Origin: an uncultured delta proteobacterium
GTDB taxonomy: Bacteria; Myxococcota_A; Polyangia; Polyangiales; B10-G4
DNA length: 64,000 nt
Assembly (NCBI GenBank): GCA_963727445.1
Contig: CAVSGI010000008.1
Span: 160,001 to 224,000, forward strand
Reading direction: 5' to 3'
Numbering within the stretch: position 1 is the stretch's first letter; each line of letters opens with the position of its first letter. Under the pieces are notes generated by a model. It was not told the DNA's origin, searched no databases, and was given only the letters and a program-made list of their open reading frames with translations. Positions 10,135-22,226 of this stretch are shown here, one piece after another. The position numbers and the translations under genes were made by a program.

Positions 10135-13100
10135 TCAGTCGCGGCCGTGGCAGAGCCACACGTAGCCGCAGGCGATCGCGCGGCACTCCGGCTCCGGGCG
10201 CCCCTGTTCGAACCCACTCTGCCGCGCTTCGAGGAGCGCCTCGCCGAGCGCCGGCAGCCTCTCGGAGACGTCGGGCGCGGTCGCCACGACGGGCAGCCGC
10301 GCCTTTCCATCGAGGAACTGGATCAGGGGCTTCACCGGCACTTCCCCGCCGGTCCGGCGCCGCACCGCCTCCCGATACGCGGCGAGCTGAAACTGATGCG
10401 GCGCGGTGGGATCGGAGCCGCGCGGCGAGGTGACCTTGTAGTCGACCAGCTCGATCTCGTCGCCGCGATCGACGAGGAGATCGATCTGCCCTTCGATCAC
10501 GAGGGTCGCCGGGCCCGCGTCGACGGCCAGGCTGAAGGGGAGCTCGCGCGAGAGGCGTTCGGGCTCGAGCTCGCCGAGGCCGCGCGCATAGTCGCCGGAG
10601 ACGAAGGGCGACAGGCGCCCGACCAGATCGGTGCTCGCCGGCGCGCCCGCGGCGTCCATGGCGCGGGCGAGGGCCTTCGCCGGCTCGTCCTTCGCCCGGC
10701 GGAAGTCGATCCGCTCGAGCACCGCGTGCGCGAGGGTGCCGCGCCGCCGTGGATCGCTCGCCACGTCCCCGTCGATCTCGGGCGAAGGAGGCGTACGCGG
10801 CTCGGGGAACTCCGGGAGCCGGAGGATGTTCCGCGCCCGAAAGCGCCGCGGACAGAGCGCGAAGTCCTCGAGCTGAGTGACGGGCACCTCGAGGAGCGCG
10901 ATCGCGGGCCGCGCCGGGCGCGCGCGTCGCAACGAGGCTTCGAGCGCCTCGGCCGCCGGAAGCGGTGGCGCTTTGGCCTCGCCGGCGGCCCAGCCCTCCT
11001 CCCCCAACGACACCTCGCGGAGCAGCCCGGCCGAAGCGAGCGCCTCCCGCTCGGCGAGCACCACCTCGTTCAGGATGCTCCCTCGCTTCTCGACGCCGGC
11101 GAGGATCAGCCGGTCCCGCGCGCGCGTGGTCTGCACGTAGAAGAGGCGCATGCGCTCTGCGCGCTCGCGCCGCTCGCGGATCGCGTGCACCCGTTCGTGG
11201 TGTGGGCCGTAGAGCCATTGTCCCCACGGCGCCCGGACCCCGATCGCCAGCCCCGCCTCGGGATGGCGGTCGTGCTCGATCGGCCGGCCCTGAACCTTCA
11301 GCTGGCGCCCGAGATCCGCCGCCACCACGATCGGAAACTGCAAGCCCTTCGACTGGTGCACCGTCATCACCCGGATGACGTCCGCACCCTCGGTGGCGAC
11401 GTCGGCCTCGCGATCGGCGTCGTTCACCGAGCGCTTCGCGAGCTCGTGGAGCACCGCCCTGCCGTCTTCACCCCGGCGCTCGCGGTCGGCGATCTCCCCG
11501 ACGATGCGGTCGACGTTCGCCATCCGCTGCCGGCCCGAAGGCAGCCCGCCGAGGATCGCGGCGTAGCCCGTGCGCTCGAGCGCGACGCTCAGCGCCTCGG
11601 AGAGCCCGATGCGGTCGACGCTCTCGCGGAGCCGGCGAAGGAGGGTTGCCGACCGCACGTAGCGCTCGGCCTCTTCGGCGTCCGGTACCACCGACCCCGG
11701 CGGCGGGCTCGACAGCAGCGTCCTCAGGCCCCCCTCGCTCGCGCGCGTGAGGGCCACCAGGGCGTCGTCCGACAGGCCCACCATCGGCCCGCGCAGGACG
11801 GCGGCGAGGCCGCGCCCGTCGTCCTCGGCCGCGACCACCCGGGCCAGCGACAGAACGTCCCGCGCCTCGACCGTCGACAACAGCCCGCGGCCCTTGATCA
11901 CCACATAGGGCAGGCCGACCTCCTCGAAGGCGCGGAGGAACGCATCGACGTGGGTGAAGCGCGGCAACAGGAGCGCGACGTCCGAGGGCCGGGCGGCGCG
12001 CACCGTCCCGTCCGTCTCGTCGCGCACCACGTGGCTCCCGCTCGAGAGCACGGTGGCGAGATGCCGCGCGATGGCTGTCGCTTCGTCGACCGCAGTGCCC
12101 GTTTCGAGCGCGATGAGCTCGGTCGCCGGCTCCTCGCAGAATCGCTTCGTGCACGTGGTCGAGGGCCTCGGCCTCGTCGAAGCCATGCTCGAAATCCGAA
12201 GCCACCGAATCCGCTGTCTCGCCGGGCACGGACTCCCGCGCCCCTTCGGTGTCCTCGTCCTTTCGCTGAAGGCTCGCCCTCGCGAGGTGATTGAGCGCCT
12301 CGACCAGGGGCGCGACGCTGCGGAAGCTGCGCCCGAGGGACAGCTCCATCCCCCCGTGCGCGACCACGTCGGCCGCGACCGCTTCGAAGACGGCGACATC
12401 GGCGTTGCGAAAGCCGTAGATCGACTGCTTGCGGTCACCGACCACGAAGAGCCCTCGCGACTCGAGCTGACTCGCGCGCGGGACGCCCCGCCCCACCCCG
12501 CCCCGCGCGTGCAGGAGATAGACCAGGTCGCGCTGCACCGCGTTCGTGTCCTGGAACTCGTCGACGAGGAGCGCGTCGATCCCCGCCGTGAGCTCTCGGC
12601 GGAGCTCGGGTTGCGACGCCAGGAGATCGCGCGCGCGCCGGCCGAGATCGGCGAAATCGAGGACGCCCAGGCGCTCCTTTTCGCGACGATAGCGCCGCTC
12701 AATCTCGCCCACGAGGGAGACCAGTGCCTCGGCGCGGGCGCGGCGCCGCGGAAGTGCCCAGAGCTCGAGGGCGGCGTCGCGCACCTCCTGCCCGTCCGGG
12801 ATCTTCCAGGCCGAGCTCTTGTTCCCGCTGTCCGTGCGGAGCGCGAGAATCGAGACGGCGCACGGCGCTCTGGAGCGCGTCGTCGTCGTCCGTGCCGAAG
12901 AAGGGCTCCTCGCGCAGCGCCTGGGCCACCGCGACCGCTTCGGCGAGACGCTCCCGCGTCTGTTTGCGAAGCCCGGGCTGCGAAGCGATGCGCTCGTGGA
13001 CCCCGACGAGCGTCTCGAAGGCGCGCCCCACCTTGCCGAGGCGTGCATCGGCCGGGGTGACACCCGCGACGCGACATGCCGCGGAGAGCGCGTAGTCGTA

Positions 13101-13808
13101 GCCCGCGTCTTCGTAGGGCGTGCCCTCGAGGAGCGAAGCGGGCGCGCGCCCGCTCTCCGCGAGCTCGACGTGCAGTGACAAGAGCGTCGGCACGAGCCCC
13201 CCGGAAGCGCCGAAGAGGCCGCCCATGTCGCGCACCAGGTCGCGCACTGCCTCCTCACCCCTCGCGAGGCGACCCTGCACGGCGAGCGCCGCGGCCTCCT
13301 CGGCCAGCTCCCGGGCCCGCCGATCGTCGAGCACCTCGAAAGCCGGGTCGAGGCGCGCTTCCACCGCGTGGCGCCGGAGCAGGCTCGCGCCGAAGGCATG
13401 GATGGTGGTGATGCGCGCGGAGGAGAGCGCCGCGAGCGCGGCCGCGTAGTCGGGCGCCGCCGCCGCGAGGCCGCGCGCCGCGAGGCTCTCCTCGAGCACC
13501 TTCGCGATCCGCGGGGCACCTTCGCTCTGCCCCGAGGCGAGGAAGCGCAGGACGCTGCCGATGCGCTCGCGCATCTCGCCCGCGGCCTTCTCGGTGAAGG
13601 TCATGGCCACGATGCGATCGGGGCTCACCGGCCGGCCGATCTCCGTCGCGCCCGCGACGAGGTGCACGTAGAGGGAGGTGAGCAGCTCCGTCTTGCCCGT
13701 GCCCGCGCCGGCGCGCACCACCAGGTTGCGCGCGAAGGCGTGCACCCGTGCCTCTACCGTCTTGGGCGCGCTGGTGAAGAGGAGGTCGAGCTGTCCCGCG
13801 TCGCTCAC
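10135..13808 (-). CDS. addA: AddA-like UvrD helicase/PD-(D/E)XK nuclease (frameshifts ~12840, ~12140)
   Basis: AGAGTGKT, TFTEKAAGEMRERI, VDEFQDTN, VGDRKQSIYGFR, MTVHQSKGLQF, GQIDLL...DYK spread over three frames. Confidence 0.85.
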
Positions 13809-16800
13809 GCTCCGTCCTCCACATCCTCGGCGTCGGGCGCGCCGCGCGGCAGGCGACAGATGGCGGCGAAGTCGCAGTACTGACACGCGCCCTTGGCCGG
13901 CCGAACCTCGAAGTCGCCGGCCGCGATGCGCCCCGTGATCTCGCGGATCCGCGCGCCGAGCGCGGTATCGGAGCCGTCGTCGTGGACGACGGCGAAGAGA
14001 TCGTCGTCGCTGCGCGCGTCATTGCGCCAGGCGCCGCGCGTCGACGCGCGCTTGTCGGCGACGCTGCGCGTCGGCGCTCCGTCCTTCAGGCTGAGATAGC
14101 GCGCGTCGATGCTGCGGGCATCGGTCGCCTGCTTCGCCGCGGCCGCGTAGATGGGGAGCTGAAGCTCCGAGACGCCCAGCGCGTCCGGGGCGAGCTTGCG
14201 TTCGAGGGTCGTGCCGCGTCCGGACTTCAGGTCGGTGACGCGCACGGCGTCCCCTCGTCGCTCGACCAGGTCGATGCGCCCGTGGAGCTCGAGCTCGCCC
14301 ACCGGGACCGCAGGCCACCCCCCCTTGCCGCCGAAGATCTGCTCGACGGCAGCCGGCGCGTATCCGTCGCCCGACTCGTAGAGCGCGCGCACCACCGCCA
14401 CCACCCGCTCGACCACGTCGTCGCGCGCGAGGTCAGCGACGTGCGCGTCGATGGGTAGCGCGAAGAAGCGCGGCGTCGCCACGGCCGTCGCCGCCTCGCG
14501 GGCCAGCGCCATCGCCTCTTCGCTGCGCGAAGCCACGTAAGGAACGAAGCCGCCGTCGCGCAGCGCCTCGATCGCTGCTTCGAAGCACGCGTGGGCGACG
14601 TTGCCCTTCTGCCGCGCGTCGGGATCGTCCTCGCCCACGTGTTCCGGCTCGATGCGCAGCACGCGCTTCGCGAAATACTGAAACGGACAGCGCGCGAAGT
14701 CTTCGAGCGCCGAGGCGCTGGTGCGGGCGGGGGCGCTCCTCTGTGCGGGGCTGAGCTTTCCGGCGAATGCGCCCACGTCGGGCCCCGGCGCGGCCAGCAT
14801 CGTCGCGAGGCGGGCGCGCTCGACGAAGAGGCGATCGAGCAACGGGCGCACCCCGAGCGCGTCGTCACCGAGGGGCGCCTGTCGGGGATCGATGGCCGCG
14901 GCCGCAGCCGAGGTGGTGGCCGCATCGAGCTCCGCGAAGGCGCGGACCCACGCACGGCGGGCGTCCTCGACCGAGGCGGCGCGGTCGAGCGCGGGCGCGG
15001 GCTCGATGGGCGGAGCGTCCTGTCGAATGCGCGCGCCCGCACGTTCGAGAGACGCGAGGGCCCCGTCGAGGATCTGCGAAGGCACCACCGGCCGCCCGTC
15101 GTCGTCCGTGCACGCGTGCGAAAGGACGAGGTGCGCGCGGGGGCTCGCCGCGGCGAGATAGAAGAGGAGCGGGTCCACCTCACGGCTGGTCGCGAAGGCC
15201 ACCGCCCCCGCCTGGGTCTCCTCCGCGACGTCGAAGGTGTAGCGCGGCCCGTCGGCGCGCTGCGCGAGGGCCCGGCCCACCGCGTGTCGGTCCGAGACGG
15301 AGAGGAGCGGGTCGTCGGCGGCAGGCGCGGGAAGCTCGCCGTCGCGCAGGCCGCACAGAAACGCCACCTCCAGCGAGAGCCCGCCCAGGCCCTGAAGCGA
15401 GATCAGCCGCACCGCGCCCCCACGAAGCCCACCGGCGGCGACCGCGTGTGGGCCGATCGCGTCACGCAGGAGGCCCTGCGCCTCGGCTGGCTCGAAGCGC
15501 ACGCTCAGGTGCAGGCGCTCGGCCGCTTCTTCGAGCTCCGTGAGCGCGAGCTCGAGCACGTCGAGGGCGGCCTGGTCGCGACCGAAGGCGCGCGCCTCGG
15601 CCTCGGCCAGGGCGTCGCTGGCGTCGCCGCGGATGAGCTCGCGCAAGCTCGTGGACGGTTGGCTCACCGCGTCAGCGAGCCCCGACACCTCGACGAAGCG
15701 CCGGACGCGCGCAACCAGCTCCCCCACCGTCGCCGGCTCGCCGAGCGGCGACGCGCGTTCGGCGAAGTCCGCCACGGCGCTGCGCACGGAGGCGAGCGCG
15801 TCCGGCGCGTCCTTCGCCCCGGCGTAGCGGTCGAGGGCCGAGAGGAGCGCTTCGGCCGGGCGCGCCCCCGGCGCGCTCCGCGCCCCCACTTCGCGAAGCA
15901 CGCGGCCCAGCTCCGCCGCGTGGCCTCGACTCTCGGACCAGCGCGGCGCGTATCCGCTCGCCACGAGACGCAGCACCGACTCCTTCGGCAGGCCCTGGCT
16001 CGCCGCCACCATGGTGTCGAGGAGGAAGCGCAAAGGCGGCGTCTCCTCGGCAGGCGTCCCCCGCCCCTCGTGAACCGGCACGCCCGCGGCCCGAAGCGCA
16101 GCGCCGAGCGGCCCGGCGTGGGCGCCGAGATCGCGCGCAGCGATGGCGATCCGTTCGGGCGCCACCCCCGCATCGACGAAGTCCCGCACGCGGCGCGCGA
16201 TGAGCGCGTGCTCCGCCGCCGCCGAGGGCGCGCGGAGGACCTCGATCTCCGCCGTGCGCTCGGGCGGGCGCCCGGCGAGAACCTCCGCGACGTAGCCGCC
16301 GACACCGCGCGCCCACGTCGCGGGCGGCGTGGGCAGGAGCGTGAGGCTCGCCGCCGCGCCCGCGGCTTCGGCGCGGCGCAGGGTGCGCTCGGTCGCACGG
16401 AACCAGGTCGTGCCCGCCGCGCGCTCCTGCTCGTCGTGGGGGAGCTCGATGGTGAGATCCGCCACGCGCGACGCGAGGGCGTCGAAGAAAGCGAGGTGCG
16501 AGGGCGGCAGCTCGTGCACGTGACGCACGACGATGCGCGAGGAACCGTGGATGCCGGTCGGCAGGGGCGCGCCACCGCGAAGGGCCGCGGCCACCCGAAA
16601 GAAGGCGCCCTCGGCGTCGACCGCGCCGAGGCGCGCGTGGACGGCATCCACTTCGGCGACGAGCGCGGCCACGTCCAGGACCCTCTCGGCCACGGCGCGC
16701 GGAAGACTGCCGGTCACGGCGCGGAGCTGCGCCGCCGTGACCCCCGCCTTCCGGCAGGCCGCGATCGTCGCGCCGAGCGCCGACACGAAGCCGGGGGTTT

Positions 16801-17050
16801 GGGCGACGCGCGCGAAGCGACCGTGCGCGGCGGCCTCGGAGGCGGCGGCGAGGCGAAGGACCAGCCGCTCCTCGAGATGCCCCAGCACCCGCGTCGCCGG
16901 CAGGGCCGTGGAGGTCACCGCGGCGACGAGCTCCGACAGGGTCATGATCCCGCGCCCCATGAAGACCCGGCGGTCGTGCCCCTGCGCCTCCTCTGCGCGC
17001 GCGAAGGCCGCGTGGGCATGGGTGGGAACGACGATGAGCTGGGCGGTCAC
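13805..17050 (-). CDS. addB: AddB-like inactive-helicase/PD-(D/E)XK nuclease subunit
   Basis: SASALEDFARCPFQYF, GRIDLVE...DLKSG, CQYCDFAAICR; 4-nt overlap with addA start. Confidence 0.82.
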   Translation of the reverse strand: MTAQLIVVPTHAHAAFARAEEAQGHDRRVFMGRGIMTLSELVAAVTSTALPATRVLGHLEERLVLRLAAASEAAAHGRFARVAQTPGFVSALGATIAACRKAGVTAAQLRAVTGSLPRAVAERVLDVAALVAEVDAVHARLGAVDAEGAFFRVAAALRGGAPLPTGIHGSSRIVVRHVHELPPSHLAFFDALASRVADLTIELPHDEQERAAGTTWFRATERTLRRAEAAGAAASLTLLPTPPATWARGVGGYVAEVLAGRPPERTAEIEVLRAPSAAAEHALIARRVRDFVDAGVAPERIAIAARDLGAHAGPLGAALRAAGVPVHEGRGTPAEETPPLRFLLDTMVAASQGLPKESVLRLVASGYAPRWSESRGHAAELGRVLREVGARSAPGARPAEALLSALDRYAGAKDAPDALASVRSAVADFAERASPLGEPATVGELVARVRRFVEVSGLADAVSQPSTSLRELIRGDASDALAEAEARAFGRDQAALDVLELALTELEEAAERLHLSVRFEPAEAQGLLRDAIGPHAVAAGGLRGGAVRLISLQGLGGLSLEVAFLCGLRDGELPAPAADDPLLSVSDRHAVGRALAQRADGPRYTFDVAEETQAGAVAFATSREVDPLLFYLAAASPRAHLVLSHACTDDDGRPVVPSQILDGALASLERAGARIRQDAPPIEPAPALDRAASVEDARRAWVRAFAELDAATTSAAAAAIDPRQAPLGDDALGVRPLLDRLFVERARLATMLAAPGPDVGAFAGKLSPAQRSAPARTSASALEDFARCPFQYFAKRVLRIEPEHVGEDDPDARQKGNVAHACFEAAIEALRDGGFVPYVASRSEEAMALAREAATAVATPRFFALPIDAHVADLARDDVVERVVAVVRALYESGDGYAPAAVEQIFGGKGGWPAVPVGELELHGRIDLVERRGDAVRVTDLKSGRGTTLERKLAPDALGVSELQLPIYAAAAKQATDARSIDARYLSLKDGAPTRSVADKRASTRGAWRNDARSDDDLFAVVHDDGSDTALGARIREITGRIAAGDFEVRPAKGACQYCDFAAICRLPRGAPDAEDVEDGA

Positions 17051-17161
17051 GGGAGCAGTGCCTTATCACGTGCAAGACGGGCGGGAAGGCCCCGGACTGA
17101 CAGGCCCCGAAAATGCTTCGTCTTGTAGCCCAGCCGGCTTTCGCGCTATAGGGAGGCCACC

Positions 17162-17419
17162 ATGGCCCACGAATCCGAGACCCCCTACGGCGGCGAGTTT
17201 CCCGACGTCCGAGACGAAGCCGCGGCTTCGCCCAAGTGGCTGCCGGGCCTCGGCTTCGCGATCCTCTGTGTCTTCGCCCTGTTCCTGGCGCTGCGCGCGG
17301 CGTCGGCGCACGAAGAGGCGAACGTCACGGCCGAGGAAGTGATCGTCGAAGCGCCGACCGAAGCTGCCGCGGCCCCCGCGCCTGCCCCCGCCCCGGCGGA
17401 GGCGCCTCCTCAGAACTGA
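17162..17419 (+). CDS. Small single-TM hypothetical protein
   Basis: GGGAGG RBS, one TM helix, Pro/Ala tail. Confidence 0.65.
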   Translation: MAHESETPYGGEFPDVRDEAAASPKWLPGLGFAILCVFALFLALRAASAHEEANVTAEEVIVEAPTEAAAAPAPAPAPAEAPPQN

Positions 17420-17429
17420 AGCCGCGACG

Positions 17430-18869
17430 ATGCGAGGCGTCGTCGCCGCAGGCAATCCGCACACCGCGGAGGCTGCCGCCGAGATCCTCCGCGCGGGGGG
17501 CAATGCGATCGACGCCGCCTGCGCGGCCGCTCTCGCTACCTTCAGCGCCGAGCCACTCCTGTCGTCGGCGGGCGGGGCCGGGCTGGCCCTCATCGCCAAG
17601 AAGGGCGAAGCGCCGAGGCTCGTGGACTTCTTCTCGCGATCGCCCGGGCTCGGGGGCACCGCGCCGGCGAAGGCCGACTTCGAGGCGGTGGAGATCGACT
17701 TCGGCAGCGCGCTCCAGACCTTCCACGTCGGGCGCGGCTCGGCGGCGATGCCGCTCGCGCTGCCAGGCATCGCCAGCGCCGTCCAGCACTTCGGCGCGCT
17801 CCCGCTCGCCCACGTGGTCGCGCCCGCGGCGCGGATGGCGAAGGAAGGCGTGCCGCTGACCCGCGAGGGCGCGGACGTCTTCGCGCTCCTGTGGCCGATC
17901 CTGGTGCGCGACGCCGACACCGTGGCGCTCTACTCCGACGACAATCGCCCTCCCCCGGCGGGCCGCCTCATGGTCAACGCGGACCTCGGCGACACGCTCG
18001 TGGAATTCGGCGCGTCGGGCGGACTGCCCGCGCGCGCGAAGGCGGGCCTCCTCTCGGCCTTCGGTCCGAGCCGCGGGGGCCTCATCACCGAAGCCGATGT
18101 GGCCGCTGCGGAGGAGATCGCGATCGTGGCGCCGCTTTCGGCGCGTATCGGCGAGCTCGAGGCGTTCACCTCGCCGCGCATCGGCGGTCGCCTGGTGATG
18201 GAGATCTCGACAAGCCTCGGCGCGCTCGGCGACGAAGACGAGGTCGCGCAGATGCGGGGACTCGCGCGTGCGTCTCAGAAGGCGCACCTCGCGCACGTCG
18301 GCCTCGAGGCGCCGGGCAGCACCACGCACATCAGCGTCCTCGACGCCGAGGGCAACGCCGCTGCCATCACACTGACCAACGGCGAAGGCTGTGGACACCT
18401 GATCGAAGGCACGGGCATCCAGGTCAACAACTTCCTCGGCGAAGAGGATCTGAACCCCGACGGCTTCCACCTGCACCCCGCCGGCGCCCGCCTTCCCACC
18501 ATGGTCGCGCCCACCATCGCGCTGCGCGACGGCCAGCCGGTGCTCGCGGTGGGGAGCGGCGGCGCCAACCGCATTCGCAGCTCCGTGAGTCAGGTCCTCT
18601 ATCGCATCGCCCTGCGCGGCCGTTCGCTCGAAGAGGCGGTGATGGCGCCGCGGGTTCACGCGGAGACCGACGCGGCGTGGTTCGAGCGGGGCGGCCTCGC
18701 CGATCCCGAGGCCGTGCTTCGCGCCCTCCGCGAGGACTTCGGCCGCGTCTTTCCCTTTCCCGATCGCGCCTTCTTCTTCGGCGGTGTTCACTCGGTGATG
18801 CGCGGACGAGATGGGAGCGCGAGCGCCTTCGGCGATCCGCGCCGCGGTGGCGTCGGGATCGTCGTCTGA
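17430..18869 (+). CDS. ggt: Gamma-glutamyltransferase family protein
   Basis: [23 protein letters not shown] (nucleophile Thr), [22 protein letters not shown]. Confidence 0.88.
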   Translation: MRGVVAAGNPHTAEAAAEILRAGGNAIDAACAAALATFSAEPLLSSAGGAGLALIAKKGEAPRLVDFFSRSPGLGGTAPAKADFEAVEIDFGSALQTFHVGRGSAAMPLALPGIASAVQHFGALPLAHVVAPAARMAKEGVPLTREGADVFALLWPILVRDADTVALYSDDNRPPPAGRLMVNADLGDTLVEFGASGGLPARAKAGLLSAFGPSRGGLITEADVAAAEEIAIVAPLSARIGELEAFTSPRIGGRLVMEISTSLGALGDEDEVAQMRGLARASQKAHLAHVGLEAPGSTTHISVLDAEGNAAAITLTNGEGCGHLIEGTGIQVNNFLGEEDLNPDGFHLHPAGARLPTMVAPTIALRDGQPVLAVGSGGANRIRSSVSQVLYRIALRGRSLEEAVMAPRVHAETDAAWFERGGLADPEAVLRALREDFGRVFPFPDRAFFFGGVHSVMRGRDGSASAFGDPRRGGVGIVV

Positions 18870-18943
18870 CGCGGCGGAGCGACCGGAGCACCCCTCCGAC
18901 GCGGGTTGGCCGGGGCGCTCGCCGGGACTACCCTTCGCCCGCC

Positions 18944-20275
18944 ATGAACTACAGCGCGAGCTTCCGTTGCGTCGCGGGATGCGAGGGCCGCTACCCCCTC
19001 GACCAGGTCATCTACGAGTGCCCGAGCTGCGGCGAGCTCCTCGAGGTCGGTCACGACGTCGACGCCCTGCGCGACCGGAGCGCCGCGGCGTGGATGAAGC
19101 TCTTCGACGACCGCTGGATGACTACCCAGTGGCCGTACGGCAGCGGCGTCTGGGGCAAGAAGGAGTGGGTGATGCCCGGCGTGCGCGACGAGCACGTCGT
19201 GTCGATGGCGGAGGGCGGCACCAACCTCTTCTGGGCCGAGCGCTACGGCAAGAGCCGCCTCGGTCACGAGGACGTGTGGATCAAGAACTGCGGCAACAGC
19301 CACACCGGCTCCTTCAAGGACCTGGGGATGACGGTGCTGGTGAGCGTGGTCAATCAGATGATCGCGGACGGCAAGGAGATCCGTGCCATCGCCTGCGCTT
19401 CCACCGGCGACACATCGGCGGCGCTGGCTGCGTACTGCGCGTCGGCAGGCATCCGCAGCGTCGTCTTGTTGCCGAAGGGCAAGGTGACCACGGCGCAGCT
19501 GGTGCAGCCGCTGGCCAACGGAGCGGTGGTGTGCGCGGTCGACACGGACTTCGACGGGTGCATGGCGATCGTGAAGCGCCTGGCGAAAGAGCCGGGGGTG
19601 TATCTCGCGAACTCGATGAACTCGCTGCGCCTCGAAGGCCAGAAGACGGTGGGCATCGAGGTGGTGCAGCAGTTCGACTGGCGGGTGCCGGACTGGTTCG
19701 TGATCCCGGGGGGCAACCTCGGCAACGTGGCGGCGCTCGGGGCCGGGCTCGACCTGCTCCTCGAGCTCGGGGTGATACAGAAGCGGCCGCGGATCTGCGT
19801 CGCGCAGGCGGCGAAGGCCAACCCGCTCTATCGGGCCTACCAGGACGGCTGGGACGCGTTCACGCCCATGACCGCGGAGAAGACCGAGGCGAGCGCGATC
19901 CGCATCGGCAACCCGGTGTCGATCAAGCGCGCGGTGCGGGCGCTGACGCGATTCGATGGCGTGGTGGAGCAGGCGACGGAGGAGGAGCTGGCCGAGGCTT
20001 CGGCCGCGGCGGACCGCTCGGGGGCCTACACCTGCCCGCATACGGGGGTCGCCCTCGCGGCGCTCGAGAAGCTGGTGGCGCAGAAGAAGGTGAAGAAGGA
20101 CGAGCGTGTGGTCGTGATCTCCACGGCGAACGGGCTCAAGTTCACCGACTTCAAGGTGCGTTACCACGAGGGCAGCATCGAAGGCGTCTCCAGCAAGAAC
20201 CGAAACACCCCGGTCGAGGTCGCGAACGACTACGAGGCGGTGAAGAAGGCCGTCCTCGGCGCGATCGAGTCATGA
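18944..20275 (+). CDS. thrC: Threonine synthase
   Basis: [10 protein letters not shown] (PLP Lys), [38 protein letters not shown]. Confidence 0.93.
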   Translation: MNYSASFRCVAGCEGRYPLDQVIYECPSCGELLEVGHDVDALRDRSAAAWMKLFDDRWMTTQWPYGSGVWGKKEWVMPGVRDEHVVSMAEGGTNLFWAERYGKSRLGHEDVWIKNCGNSHTGSFKDLGMTVLVSVVNQMIADGKEIRAIACASTGDTSAALAAYCASAGIRSVVLLPKGKVTTAQLVQPLANGAVVCAVDTDFDGCMAIVKRLAKEPGVYLANSMNSLRLEGQKTVGIEVVQQFDWRVPDWFVIPGGNLGNVAALGAGLDLLLELGVIQKRPRICVAQAAKANPLYRAYQDGWDAFTPMTAEKTEASAIRIGNPVSIKRAVRALTRFDGVVEQATEEELAEASAAADRSGAYTCPHTGVALAALEKLVAQKKVKKDERVVVISTANGLKFTDFKVRYHEGSIEGVSSKNRNTPVEVANDYEAVKKAVLGAIES

Positions 20276-21868
20276 ACGAAGGGCGCGAGCGTAGTCACTG
20301 GGGCTGGGGCTGGGCCGACAAGTGGCTCGCGCGCGACGCGCGCGTGGCGATGGGCGCGCAGGTGGGCGCCATGCTGGGCTTCGAAGGGCTGACGCCAGAG
20401 GAGCCGGTAGCGCTCGCGGAGGTGGAGCTCGCGGCGCCGCGGGTGAGCGCGCCAGACATCGGAGTGTCGATCAGCGAGGCGAAGGCGGCGCGCGTTCGTC
20501 ACACCTACGGCAAGAGCTACCGCGACCTGGTGCGCGGCTTTTCGGGAGACTTCGGGCCTGCGCCGGATTCTGGTCGCGCTGCCCGAGAGCGAGGAGGAGG
20601 TCGCGCGCGTCCTCGAGTGGGCGAGCGAGCGGCGCGTGGCGGTGATCCCCTTCGGCGGCGGGACCAGCGTTGTCGGGGGAGTGGAGGCACAGCTCGAAGG
20701 CGACTACGCGGGCGCGCTGAGCCTGGACCTGACGCGCCTCGACCGCGTGCTCGAGATCGAAGAGCGCTCGCTGTCGGCGCGCATTCAGGCGGGCGCCAGC
20801 GGGCCGCGGCTCGAAAAGCAGCTCGCCGAGCGCGGGCTCACGCTGCGCTTCTTCCCGCAATCCTTCGAGCACTCGACCCTCGGCGGTTGGATTGCGACGC
20901 GCGCGGGGGGCCACTTCGCCACGGCCTACACCCACGTCGACGACCTGACGCTCTCGACGCGGATGCTCACGCCGCGCGGGGTGATGGAGTCGCGCCGACT
21001 ACCGAGCTCGGGCGCGGGTCCGAGCCCAGACCGCATGGTGCTCGGTTCCGAGGGGACGCTGGGCGTCATCACCGAAGCGTGGATGCAGGTGCGGCCGCGG
21101 CCGACTTTTCGCGCGACCGCGAGCGTGCGCTTCGACGACTACTCGAGGGCGGTGGATGCGGTTCGTGCGCTCGCGCAGTCGGGCCTGCAGCCGTCGAACT
21201 GCCGACTTCTCGACAGCCGCGAAGCCGCGCTGAACTTCGTCGCCAACGACGGATCGTCGGTGTTGGTGATCGGCTTCGAGTCGGCCGACCACCCGCTCGA
21301 GGCGTGGATGGAGCGAGCCCTCGTGCTGGCGAAGGATCACGGCGGTGTGTGTCCAAAGGGCGCGACCTATCGCAGCGCGGGTGCGAAGGCAGACGGTGGC
21401 GCCGCAAGCACCTGGAAGCAGGCCTTCATCGAGGCGCCCTACCTACAGAACACGATGGTCAGCCTCGGCGTGATCGCCGACACCTTCGAGACCGCAATTC
21501 CCTGGGATCGCTTCGAGGAGCTCCACACCGCCGTGATCCGAAACGTGCGCGACGCGATGAAGCGCGCTTGCGGCAAGGGCACCATCAGCTGTCGCTTCAC
21601 CCACGTCTACCCCTCGGGCCCCGCCCCGTACTACACCTTCCTCGCCCCCGCGAAGCGCGGCGCCGAGCTCGAGCAGTGGGCCGAGATCAAGAAGGCCGCG
21701 AGCGACACCCTCCTCGCCCACGGCGCCACCATCACCCATCACCACGCCATCGGCCGCACCCACCGCCCCTGGTACGGCCAACAACGCCCCGCCCTCTTCG
21801 CCCAAGCCCTCGCCGCCGCCAAACACACCCTGGACCCCGCCGCCATCCTCAACCCCGGCTGCCTCTGA
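20272..21868 (+). CDS. FAD-linked oxidoreductase, alkyl-DHAP-synthase-like (frameshift ~20570)
   Basis: RSHWGWG N-terminus, [49 protein letters not shown]. Confidence 0.85.
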
Positions 21869-21869
21869 C

Positions 21870-21963
21870 GGGGACGGTCTACACTTTTCAACTTTCTCGC
21901 CGACCGCGGGGCCGACCCCGCTGGCTGCAAGCGGACAGAAGTTGAAAAGTCTAGACCGTCCCC
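21870..21963. repeat. Inverted pair of 27-bp REP-like units (REPIN-like)
   Basis: GGGGACGGTCTACACTTTTCAACTTTC at 21870-21896 and a near-perfect reverse complement at ~21937-21963; same unit occurs four times at 37207-37390. Confidence 0.85.
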
Positions 21964-22226
21964 TGAGCGCCGAGGGCTTGTTGGAGGCGGTCTTTGGTGG
22001 GGCGGCTGAGGTTGACGAGGCGGAGGCGGACGGTGAAGCGGGCGTCGTCGCGCTTCTTGCTTTGGATGGTGCGGCCCTCGAGGGAGAGGGAGGCGTCGTC
22101 GATGAGCGCTTCGAAGCGGATGGGCTGACCGGGGGCGAAGGCCTTGGGGGAGATGACCTCGAGGCGTTCGCCATCGAGGGCCACGACTTCCCCTTCGCCG
22201 CCGTCGAAGCGCGCGACGACGCTCAC
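21951..22226 (-). CDS. PilZ-like small domain protein
   Basis: 91 aa beta-rich protein ending RFTVRLRLVNLSRPTKDRL; 4-nt overlap with smpB stop. Confidence 0.6.
   Translation of the reverse strand: MSVVARFDGGEGEVVALDGERLEVISPKAFAPGQPIRFEALIDDASLSLEGRTIQSKKRDDARFTVRLRLVNLSRPTKDRLQQALGAQGTV

Noticed and set aside
14591..17128. Long antisense ORFs (also 6280..8376, 10066..12294, 29611..31674)
   Set aside because: Shadow ORFs of real genes in high-GC DNA, with no recognisable motifs
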